DNA of 25,235 nt. Source: Candidatus Thorarchaeota archaeon (lineage in GTDB: Archaea; Asgardarchaeota; Thorarchaeia; Thorarchaeales; Thorarchaeaceae). The translations under genes were made by a program, and so were the position numbers. The notes under the pieces were generated by a model. That model saw nothing but the letters and a program-made list of their open reading frames with translations, did no database searches and was not told the DNA's origin. The stretch spans positions 1 to 25,235 of the forward strand of contig JAWAQK010000036.1 of NCBI GenBank assembly GCA_038893995.1. Reading direction: 5' to 3'. Of this stretch, positions 16,826-25,154 are shown piece by piece (the first letter of the stretch is position 1; each line of letters opens with the position of its first letter).

Positions 16826-17563
16826 ATGTCTGTGGAAATCACCAGTTCAAGCTGGTCAAATGGAGAGGTCCGTGTTGAGGTCCTCTACTCTCTCGCGGGC
16901 GTGAGTACTGCAATAAAGATCACATCCGCCTTCACTGGGAAGATGATGTTGCTTGATGCGGGTGATGGTGCATTACGTGACCTCTTGGGGTCTGGAAGCA
17001 CTGATTTCTCCGATGAGCTAGACCTGATTGCACTCAGCCATGGCCACTTTGACCATATAGGAGGACTGTATTCACTCCTTGGGTTCATGCGGATGGCGGA
17101 CCGAAAGACTCCGCTGAATATCTTGACTCCAATCGAATGCAGTGAAGCAATTGGACTGGTAGATGTCTTCAAAGATCTGTACCGTGAATCGATGCCATTC
17201 AGGATCACTCTTCACGAGCTCCGCAGTGGTAATGGTTTCGAAACCGATTTCTTCGGAGTCCGCGCCATAGCAGTAGAGCATCGGTCCTACGAGAATACAC
17301 CCATACAGGATCGCATGACTCCCGCCCTTGGGTATCGGGTTCGTGTTGGGCAGACCGTGATTGGTTACACAGGCGACACGAGGTACTGCTCAGGCGCTGA
17401 GGATGTTGTTCGTGATGCAGACCTGGCACTCATAGAGGCCACCTACGATAGTTCTCCTGATGGAGTACCAGTTGCACATCTGCTGGAGGACGAGGCCAGA
17501 TCCCTCGGCTCCCTCGCAAAGCGGTTCATGCTCATTCACAGGAAACCCCCAGTCCCACTCTAG
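16826..17563 (+). CDS. Metallo-beta-lactamase-fold hydrolase, RNase Z/ElaC-like
   Basis: LLDAGDG, SHGHFDHIGG, VEH, YTGDT, DLALIEAT, AH, LIH; start reassigned to ATG 16826. Confidence 0.88.
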   Translation: MSVEITSSSWSNGEVRVEVLYSLAGVSTAIKITSAFTGKMMLLDAGDGALRDLLGSGSTDFSDELDLIALSHGHFDHIGGLYSLLGFMRMADRKTPLNILTPIECSEAIGLVDVFKDLYRESMPFRITLHELRSGNGFETDFFGVRAIAVEHRSYENTPIQDRMTPALGYRVRVGQTVIGYTGDTRYCSGAEDVVRDADLALIEATYDSSPDGVPVAHLLEDEARSLGSLAKRFMLIHRKPPVPL

Positions 17564-17722
17564 GCGATTCACACCGAGGTTTACTGTGCCTGCAGGGCTG
17601 TGTTTGCTCCGCAGGACCCTCTCCCGGGCCGATGTCCCGAGTTCCTGATGCTGGTTGCCATGCGTAGCTACCCTCAGAGTTCACAGTATGTATCGCAGAG
17701 GTATGTCCCTCTGTGCGATCTC

Positions 17723-19507
17723 CTAACTACTGCTATCTCCTACCACAGCGCGTATCCGCACAAGACCCGCGCCTATCTTCTCCTGGTTCTTTATCTTGAA
17801 TTTCCTGAGGACCCCGGTGCGCTCAACATGAGGCCCGCCGCAGACTTCCTTGCTGAAGTCTCCCACTGAATACACCGACACCTCGTCACCATATACCTCT
17901 CTGAAGAAGGCCAGCGCTCCCTTGGCAACTGCTTCTTCGTACTTCATTGTCTCCCGAACGACTTTCAGATCCTGCTCTATTACTTCGTTCACCAGTCTTT
18001 CGACTTCACGTATCTCATCATCAGTGAGTTTCCTTGGGAAAGTAAAGTCAAACCTCAGTCTCTCTTTCGTTATGTTGCTGCCCATCTGTTGTACTGAGGT
18101 ACCAAGCACCTTTCGCAGTGCAGCCTGGAGCAGGTGCGTGGCGGTGTGCAACTTTGTTATCTCCTCACTATGGTCCGCAAGTCCTCCTCTGAACTTTCCT
18201 TGCGTGGCAGTACGAGACATCTCCCTGTGATGCTCGAATTCTCTCTGAAACTCGTTAACCTCAATGACCACCCCCCTCTCGCGAGCCATCTCCATCGTAA
18301 GCTCTAGGGGTAGCCCGAAGCTAGTGAAGAGCAGAAACGCATCACGGCCTGTGACCGTTCCTGTTTCCTCGAAGATCTGGTCCAGTTTCTTGATGGCATT
18401 GCTCAATGACTTCCGAAACTTCCTCTCCTCATCCTCCAAGTTCCTAATGACGAAGTCTCTGTTTCTGACTACCTCATCGTAGACGTCCCTGTAGATCTCT
18501 GTCACAACGTCTGCAACCTGAGTCAGAAATCCGGGTCGGATTCCCAGCTTCTCCGCACTCATGATCGCCTTTCTGAGCAGTCGTCGTACCACGTATCCAT
18601 GTTCCACATTCGAGGGGGATATCCTCCTGTCATCTGACATTATCATTACTGCCGACCTGACGTGGTCCGCGATTACCCTGATGTTTCGATCATCATTCTC
18701 ATCAAATACACGCTTTCCAGTCAGCTCACGTATCCTCTTGACGATTGGAGCGAGGGTGTCGACTTCGTACACCGACTTTGCACCAATGAGCATTGCAACG
18801 GTCCTCTCAACTCCCATACCCGTGTCAACATTCCTCTGTTTGAGAGGAACGTAGGACCCGTCGGCAAGCTTATTGTATTGCATGAAGACGTCGTTCCAAC
18901 ACTCAACAAAATGACCACAGCTGCAACCAGGTCTACATTGCGGACTGCACTTCGGAACAGAGTCGACTTCGATAAACATCTCAGTACACGGTCCACACGG
19001 TCCTGTGAGACCTGCAGGTCCCCACCAGTTGTCTTCCTTCGGTAGGTAGTATATCCTCTCAGGAGGAATGTCCAGACTCATCCATATCTGGGCAGACTCG
19101 TCGTCTCTGGGTGCGTCCTCATCGCCTGCGAAGACCGTTACGAATAGTTTCTCGTGGTCCAGTCCCAGCCATTTCTTTGAGGTGAGGAACTCGTAGCTCC
19201 ATTCTATTGCCTCCTTCTTCCAGTAGTCTCCGAGGCTCCAGTTGCCAAGCATCTCAAAGAATGTGAGATGCACATTGTCACCGACTCTGTCAATGTCGGT
19301 CGTTCTAACACACTTTTGGCAGTTGGTGAGACGCTTTCCCTGCGGATGGGGCTCTCCCATCAAGAACGGCACTAGCGGATGCATTCCAGCTGTCGTAAAC
19401 AAGACAGTGGGATCATTCTCTGGAAGTAGCGAGGCTGAACCCAGTACCGCATGATTCTTCTTGCTGAAGAATTCTATGTACTTCTGTCTCAGTTCCTTGC
19501 TGTTCAA
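17723..19507 (-). CDS. alaS: Alanine--tRNA ligase, short (about 594 aa) form lacking the C-Ala domain
   Basis: DPTVLFTTAGM, HLTFFEMLGNWS, GPCGPCTE, DTGMGVER, IADHVR, GYVVRRLLR; editing motifs HTATH and EVCGGPHV; TTG start 19507 behind GAGGTG. Confidence 0.96.
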   Translation of the reverse strand: MNSKELRQKYIEFFSKKNHAVLGSASLLPENDPTVLFTTAGMHPLVPFLMGEPHPQGKRLTNCQKCVRTTDIDRVGDNVHLTFFEMLGNWSLGDYWKKEAIEWSYEFLTSKKWLGLDHEKLFVTVFAGDEDAPRDDESAQIWMSLDIPPERIYYLPKEDNWWGPAGLTGPCGPCTEMFIEVDSVPKCSPQCRPGCSCGHFVECWNDVFMQYNKLADGSYVPLKQRNVDTGMGVERTVAMLIGAKSVYEVDTLAPIVKRIRELTGKRVFDENDDRNIRVIADHVRSAVMIMSDDRRISPSNVEHGYVVRRLLRKAIMSAEKLGIRPGFLTQVADVVTEIYRDVYDEVVRNRDFVIRNLEDEERKFRKSLSNAIKKLDQIFEETGTVTGRDAFLLFTSFGLPLELTMEMARERGVVIEVNEFQREFEHHREMSRTATQGKFRGGLADHSEEITKLHTATHLLQAALRKVLGTSVQQMGSNITKERLRFDFTFPRKLTDDEIREVERLVNEVIEQDLKVVRETMKYEEAVAKGALAFFREVYGDEVSVYSVGDFSKEVCGGPHVERTGVLRKFKIKNQEKIGAGLVRIRAVVGDSSS

Positions 19508-19584
19508 AGCAACGGCCACCTCGGTGCTATGACCCTGACCTGCCAATGACGATTTTAATGGTTTCGAAGCGGCTACCCTGTCCG

Positions 19585-20085
19585 TTAGACTGCTGTATCG
19601 ATGAGTATTCCAGTTGGAGTCATTCTATATCTGATGAGTCGTTTCTTGAGCCAAGGGTACTCCTCCAAGTATGTGAGAAACCTGTCATTACTCAATACTA
19701 GGCCATTCAGCCTCTCTGCAAGTCTGATTATCTCAAGGTCGTCATCAAGACCACGCCTGACACATATGATCTCTCCAGAATCGACCATCTTCATCAGAGC
19801 CTCGGCATGGTCAATCCTATGAACGAGAGCTGCTGATATCACAACGATCGGTGTGAAACCTGCTAGCATCAGTCCCTCCCTCGCCATAGAGATGTTCGAG
19901 AGCCTTGGAATGCCGTCCTGGGTCAAGCAATGGGCCACGTTGTTTCCATCAATGATGATCGTGCGACCCCCGCCGTTCACTGTCTGGTTTCTCATTACCC
20001 TATACTTGCACCTTTCGACGTGATCATCAATCCTGTCGCGGTCAAACAGCGAGCCGCAGTACCTGCATCTGACCCGTCTAGTCAT
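19585..20085 (-). CDS. C2HC zinc finger + NYN/PIN ribonuclease (Zc3h12a/Regnase-like)
   Basis: CRYC-x11-H-x3-C; acidic motifs IIIDGNNVA, DDDLEII, VLSNDRF; start reassigned to ATG 20085. Confidence 0.88.
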   Translation of the reverse strand: MTRRVRCRYCGSLFDRDRIDDHVERCKYRVMRNQTVNGGGRTIIIDGNNVAHCLTQDGIPRLSNISMAREGLMLAGFTPIVVISAALVHRIDHAEALMKMVDSGEIICVRRGLDDDLEIIRLAERLNGLVLSNDRFLTYLEEYPWLKKRLIRYRMTPTGILIDTAV

Positions 20086-20107
20086 CGTGATCTCACGCTC
20101 AAGTCCA

Positions 20108-20155
20108 CGGATTATATCAAACAATCATCAAATAAATCAGGGAATCATCAATCCG
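20108..20155 (-). repeat. 20-bp-period tandem repeat reading as two box C/box D pairs, flanked by a 6-bp inverted repeat
   Basis: Minus strand: CGGA-TTGATGA-TTCC-CTGA-TTTAT-TTGATGA-TTGT-TTGA-TATAATCCG. Confidence 0.6.
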
Positions 20156-20281
20156 AAATCTAAATAGCCTTGAGTGATTCATATTTATGCGGCGCCATCC
20201 TGCTCTCTGCTTGTCCTCCCGGCGGCACGAGTGGGAATTGGCGCCACCTTTCTGCAACGGAATGCATTCCCCTCCTGCACT

Positions 20282-21190
20282 CTAGCGGACACTGAATGTG
20301 TAAGGCAGTCCCTCAGAGAGATCCCCATACTTGAAATCGGTGAGTTTCACATTTCTGCCGTTCACCTCGATGACGGCTACAGCATCGTGTGCGAGCTGCT
20401 CATATTTGTCGTCGGTGGGACGCCCGTAACCGAGTGGAACGGTAATTGCAGTGATTCTACCCACTGTGACACAGCTTCTGATGTGACTATGCCCGGATAT
20501 TGTCATGAATACTCTTCCGTCATTCAGGATCAATTCTCCGGTGCTCTTCGCGCCCATATACGCACTGAAGAAATCCCACGGGAGGCGATTCTTGTAAAGA
20601 GTCAGCTCTTGGAACGGAAGATGATGTGATACATAGATTACGTGATCGACCGTGTGCGGCAATACGCTAAGGTCATAGCTCAGCTTCTTGTTGAATAGAC
20701 TGGTTGCCTCTGCATCTGTGAATTCCCAGTCCACATTAAATACGTCATACCACACTGCTCCCCGATACTCCTTGGCCTCATAGGCACTCATGGGAATTCC
20801 CAACTCCGGACGTCTGAAGGAGTAGTCTGACCATCCAATGCTTCCCACAAATGCTGTTTCACCCTCGATGTGCGGGCCGTCTGGAAGGTGAATGAACCCA
20901 TTTTCGCTGCAGACTCTCCCGATCTCTCTCGAGTACTTGGCCAGCGATCCAAGTCCTCTCTCCTTCTCAAACCATATATCATGATTCCCGGCGACATACA
21001 GACACGAAGCATCATGCAGCTTCAGTTTCGAGAGCGTCTGCGACAGTATGTCTATCTGGCTACTCGTGTCTCCTGCTATCACGAAAACGTCGGGATCTGT
21101 TTCCTCGACTCTGCTCCGGACGGCATCAATCAGTGGGTCATCCTCCCCTCCCGGGCGGACATGAAGGTCTGACACTGCTGCGATCTTTAT
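20282..21190 (-). CDS. Calcineurin-like metallophosphoesterase; probable non-canonical ATA start
   Basis: KIAAVSDLH, AGD, AGNHD, SHH, SGHSH motifs; GGAGGT lies 8 nt before in-frame ATA at 21190. Confidence 0.88.
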   Translation of the reverse strand: MKIAAVSDLHVRPGGEDDPLIDAVRSRVEETDPDVFVIAGDTSSQIDILSQTLSKLKLHDASCLYVAGNHDIWFEKERGLGSLAKYSREIGRVCSENGFIHLPDGPHIEGETAFVGSIGWSDYSFRRPELGIPMSAYEAKEYRGAVWYDVFNVDWEFTDAEATSLFNKKLSYDLSVLPHTVDHVIYVSHHLPFQELTLYKNRLPWDFFSAYMGAKSTGELILNDGRVFMTISGHSHIRSCVTVGRITAITVPLGYGRPTDDKYEQLAHDAVAVIEVNGRNVKLTDFKYGDLSEGLPYTFSVR

Positions 21191-21344
21191 CTTGGTTGAC
21201 CTCCGATCAAGGAAATTCTTGCCTCCAAGTCTGACGTGTGCCTCAAGTGTGTTTCTGTCCCATTTCCTGCCTGCTTCCTACCCAATGATTGATATTCTCC
21301 CTATCAGTTATCTCCCCAATCATCGAAGAGGAAGCTGACAAGGG

Positions 21345-22991
21345 ATGACAAACAGGATCCGAGCCGAAAGAGTTGAGCCCAGTGACATATCACAGGTCAA
21401 GGTCATAGACTCTGCATCTGAGATCTCAGAGTCATATGCACTCTATCTTGACGACGAGTCGCACTCCTTCGACGGGAAGGCCGACATGATGTTTTTCCCT
21501 AGGTCTGAACAGGAGGTCGTTGCGGTCCTGAAATACGCAAGTGACAGAGGTATTCCCGTCACGGTTCAGGGTGCACGTACAGGTCTCACTGGTGCTGCAG
21601 TGCCTCTCGGTGGGATCGTTCTGAATCTGGAGAAGATGAATCGAATCTTATACATGGATTATCTGGAGGACAAGAATACCTACTCCATCTGTGCTGAGCC
21701 GGGTGTGCTACTCGAGGATCTTGTCAAGGCAGTCGTTTCCAAGACCTTGAGGGGGATCGAGAGCAACGGCACTGCGAAGAATCAAGATGCTCTCAGGAGA
21801 TTCATGCAGGACCAGGACCTCTATAGCTTCCCCGTGGATCCGACCGAAACTACGGCGTGGCTTGGTGGGATAGTCGCCTGTAATGCCTCAGGCGCTCGGA
21901 CATTCAGATATGGTGCTGTACGCGATTGGGTACGCCACCTGAGAGTGGCTCTGATCAATGGTGATGTGCTGGACATAGAGCGCGGACGGGTCCATGCAGA
22001 AGATGGCAGATTCGAGATAACACTCTCCAGCGGCGAAACTCTATCTCTGAATGTGCCAAGTTACAAGATGCCCCGGACCAAGAATGCCGCAGGTCTCTTC
22101 GCCCGACAGGACATGGACCTGATAGATCTGTTCATAGGTTCCGAGGGTATCCTTGGTGTCATAACCCAGGTCGAGTTGATCCTTGAGAAACTTCCTCGCA
22201 ACATCATGACTGTGATGGCCTTCTTCCCTACCGAGGATGATGCTGTTGAGTTTGTGGTGGACGCTCGACGTCAGGATTCACCAATTGTGATGAACTTCCT
22301 AGAGTACTTCGACTCGAATGCCATACGGATGATCCGCGAAAAGGCTGGCAGCGCAGGAATAAAGGTGCCCGCTTTGCGAGATGACACCAATGCCATAGTG
22401 TTCTTTGAGTTCTCCTATGAGGAAGAGGAGATGGAAGAAAAAGTCATGGCTCTTGAAGAGATGTTGAATCGGCATAACTCGTCCTCCGAGTCCAGCTGGG
22501 CAGGTCTGGACAGGACAGAGCTAGAGAAGATGAAGGTCGTGAGACACTTCGTTCCTGAAACGATCAACGCGCTCATCGCGAAGCGCAAGCAGCAATTCCA
22601 TGAGGTTCACAAGATTGGTACCGACATGGCAGTTCCAGATGAGGCGTTGCGTGAATATCTTCGCTTCTATAAGGATGTCCTAGACTCTCAGGGAATGGAG
22701 TATGTCATATTTGGACACATTGGAAACAATCATCTTCATGTCAACATGCTACCGCGTGACAACGATGAGGTGAAGCGCGGAATGGACAACTATCTTCTGT
22801 TTGCCAAGAAGGCTGTGGAACTCGGTGGGACTGTTGCTGCAGAACATGGCATAGGCAAGCTGAAACGGGACTTCCTTCGGGTCATGTATGGCGACAAAGG
22901 AATCGCAGAGATTCAGGCCGTCAAGAGTGTGCTTGATCCACGATGGTTGCTTAACCGAGAGAACATGGTCCCCGTGCCAGAAGGGCCATGA
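21345..22991 (+). CDS. FAD-linked oxidoreductase, D-lactate dehydrogenase / GlcD family
   Basis: GARTGLTGAAVP, GGIVACNASG, LFIGSEGILGVIT, FGHIGNNHLHVN, AEHGIGK. Confidence 0.93.
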   Translation: MTNRIRAERVEPSDISQVKVIDSASEISESYALYLDDESHSFDGKADMMFFPRSEQEVVAVLKYASDRGIPVTVQGARTGLTGAAVPLGGIVLNLEKMNRILYMDYLEDKNTYSICAEPGVLLEDLVKAVVSKTLRGIESNGTAKNQDALRRFMQDQDLYSFPVDPTETTAWLGGIVACNASGARTFRYGAVRDWVRHLRVALINGDVLDIERGRVHAEDGRFEITLSSGETLSLNVPSYKMPRTKNAAGLFARQDMDLIDLFIGSEGILGVITQVELILEKLPRNIMTVMAFFPTEDDAVEFVVDARRQDSPIVMNFLEYFDSNAIRMIREKAGSAGIKVPALRDDTNAIVFFEFSYEEEEMEEKVMALEEMLNRHNSSSESSWAGLDRTELEKMKVVRHFVPETINALIAKRKQQFHEVHKIGTDMAVPDEALREYLRFYKDVLDSQGMEYVIFGHIGNNHLHVNMLPRDNDEVKRGMDNYLLFAKKAVELGGTVAAEHGIGKLKRDFLRVMYGDKGIAEIQAVKSVLDPRWLLNRENMVPVPEGP

Positions 22992-23033
22992 TAAGCTATT
23001 CTGCCGGTACACTCGATCTGGCATGTGCCCTCT

Positions 23034-23449
23034 ATGACCAAGCCATTCGTAGTGCGCCTAGGTGATATCCAGCCGAGTCAGCTTTACATCAGCAAGGCCA
23101 CGTTCTCAAGGTAATGGAGTACTTTGAAACCGGAAGACAGTCCAAAGTGGAACCAATACCAGCGGTACGCCTAGATGATAGCTTTGTTGCCACTGACGGG
23201 CACACGAGAGGAGTTGCATGGTACCTCAATGGTTACGAAGAGGTCCTGTGCGAATGGGAAGACTGCGATCTGGGCTGGGACATGTATAGAATCTGTGTTG
23301 CCTGGTACCTCGACGAGCATATCTACTCGATGGTTGACCTGAAGGATCGGTTTCTAGACCCCGCTGACTATGAGGTGCTCTGGCTTCACAGGTGCCGGCT
23401 AACGCGACATGAGCTCGAGAAACAAAGGCGTCACGAGGAACATCTCTAA
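23034..23449 (+). pseudogene. Frameshifted QPSQLYIS-motif (ParB/Srx-like) hypothetical gene; pseudogene or sequence error
   Basis: ATG 23034 reads MTKPFVVRLGDIQPSQLYISKA then stops at TAA 23112-23114; the adjacent frame continues LKVMEYF...TDGHTR...YEVLWLHRC. Confidence 0.7.
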
Positions 23450-23574
23450 TCATTGGAAACTCGATGACAGGCCAATGATACCTACAGAAACCACCAACAA
23501 TTGGCTCCTCGACGCAGTGTTCGTCACACAGTCCGCATAGCTCGTGGGATGTGCCTTATTCTCTACGAGCCGGA

Positions 23575-23880
23575 CTACCTTCCCCAGCTGATCCCGCTGC
23601 AGCGGGCTGTCCGGATCCTGTCCGTCACCATTCTAGATACCCTCTCAATCTTTTCAAACAGTGATGGTTCCTCGTACCTGAGTCTATCAATACTCTTGAT
23701 ACCAAAACGTTTCCAATAATACTCCAGCTCGTCATCTGTACACAGAGTGATACTATCGTGCATGAGAGCCCCGATGGCGTCCTGGACCAGTTCATCGTCG
23801 CTTGCCTTCTTCAGTCGCACTCGAGCCCAGTAGTCGCACTGTCCCCCTCTACAGGGGCCTCTTACCATGGAGCACCACAT
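23575..23880 (-). CDS. Hypothetical 101-aa protein with N-terminal C-x6-C-x4-C-x2-W motif
   Basis: MWCSMVRGPCRGGQCDYW followed by an amphipathic helical region; AAGGGTG upstream. Confidence 0.65.
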   Translation of the reverse strand: MWCSMVRGPCRGGQCDYWARVRLKKASDDELVQDAIGALMHDSITLCTDDELEYYWKRFGIKSIDRLRYEEPSLFEKIERVSRMVTDRIRTARCSGISWGR

Positions 23881-23992
23881 GAATCTGACACCCTTTCATG
23901 GCGGCCGTTGATCGGAATCTAAAGATTGCTAATGCACGCTCCTCTAATCTCATCTCCAGGTTCCCTCGTGTTCATCCGGCAGAGGCGTTCCC

Positions 23993-24026
23993 TTCGGTAT
24001 TGGCTACTACCGAAAATGATTAATGT
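23993..24026 (+). promoter_or_regulatory. Palindrome TTCGGTA-N8-TACCGAA abutting a BRE/TATA-like element of the hydrogenase operon
   Basis: Arms at 23993-23999 and 24008-24014, then AATGATTAATGTA. Confidence 0.55.
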
Positions 24027-24042
24027 ATCCATCTTGCCCGAC

Positions 24043-24125
24043 CACTCGCTGAAGCGAGTGTCTGTGTCTTCAGCACGATAGAGGACGCAGCAGCTTGCCG
24101 CTCGAGTGACAACACAGGGTGTGTT
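24043..24125 (+). promoter_or_regulatory. Structured 5' leader of the hydrogenase operon
   Basis: Hairpins 24043-24060 (7 bp), 24062-24090 (10 bp) and 24111-24125 (6 bp). Confidence 0.5.
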
Positions 24126-24143
24126 CTAGTGCGAGTACTGAAG

Positions 24144-25148
24144 ATGCAGTCAAAGTTCCTGGAGGTCTTCCTTGAGAGCCTAGAGAGTTTTGGAACACTC
24201 TACGGTCCGCAGCGGAAAAATGGTGTGCTCACCATTGATAGACTTGATAACATCAGGCAGTTTGTCATCACTGACGAACACCCCATCATACCCATCAAGA
24301 AGATGTTCCATCCGAAGCGATTCACAATGTTTCGCTTTGATGAAACGGGATTCCAGCCAGACTATTCGGTCGTTGAGCGCAGGGTCATCCTCGGGGTTCA
24401 CCCATGTGACATACATTCAATCCTGAGGCTCGACGAGGTATTCTTGGCCGAACCTCGAGACCCGTACTATGGAGAATTGAGACGCAACAGTGCTATCATT
24501 GGTTTCTCGTGCCTTCCCAGAGAGAACTGTCTTTGCCGAGATACAGACACGTCCATTGTAGAGGAGGGGTTCGACCTGTTTTTCACCGACCTCAGCGACT
24601 ACTATCTGGTCTGGGTTGGGTCAAGCCTGGGTCACGATATGATCCTCTCTAGAGAGGAGTTCTTCGAAGAGAATGTGACTCGTGACGATATTCAGCGATA
24701 TGTCGAGTGGAGACGAAAACGTGATGGGATGTTCAAGAAGTCGTTTGACTTTCGAAACATGCCGGACATGATGGAACTCAGCTTCAATAGTGATATCTGG
24801 GCTCGCTTTGGTGAGAAGTGTCTCTCATGCGGTCAGTGTTCGATGGTCTGTCCGACCTGTAATTGTTACAATGTCGTAGACACGTTTGATGTGAGTCTCT
24901 CACCGCAAGGTCAGCGCAATCGGATGTGGGACAGCTGCATGTTCGTGGACTACAGTCTTGTTGCTGGTGGTCACAACTTCCGCGGCACTAGGGCTGATCG
25001 TCTTAAGCTTTGGTACACACACAAGTTGAAGGCCTTTGGGAGCGAGTTCGGACGGCCTGGTTGTGTTGGTTGCGGCCGTTGTGTGGAAACGTGCCCTGTT
25101 GATATCAATGTTCTGACAGTTTCAGAAGCCTTGACAAAGGGAGGTTGA
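24144..25148 (+). CDS. Group 3b NiFe (sulf)hydrogenase beta subunit (HydB/AsrA-family Fe-S protein)
   Basis: GVHPCD, CLPRENCLC, CLSCGQCSMVCPTCNC, WDSC, AGGHNFR, GCVGCGRCVETCP; start ATG 24144 or GTG 24129. Confidence 0.88.
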   Translation: MQSKFLEVFLESLESFGTLYGPQRKNGVLTIDRLDNIRQFVITDEHPIIPIKKMFHPKRFTMFRFDETGFQPDYSVVERRVILGVHPCDIHSILRLDEVFLAEPRDPYYGELRRNSAIIGFSCLPRENCLCRDTDTSIVEEGFDLFFTDLSDYYLVWVGSSLGHDMILSREEFFEENVTRDDIQRYVEWRRKRDGMFKKSFDFRNMPDMMELSFNSDIWARFGEKCLSCGQCSMVCPTCNCYNVVDTFDVSLSPQGQRNRMWDSCMFVDYSLVAGGHNFRGTRADRLKLWYTHKLKAFGSEFGRPGCVGCGRCVETCPVDINVLTVSEALTKGG

Positions 25149-25154
25149 AAACCA

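Noticed and set aside
17691-17719. Hairpin CAGAGG/CCTCTG next to the alaS stop
   Set aside because: Could be a terminator or stability hairpin, but there is no T-tract and too little support to call it
13320-22991. Numerous antisense or alternate-frame ORFs inside ACAD, alaS, the phosphoesterase and others
   Set aside because: Shadow ORFs of well-supported genes
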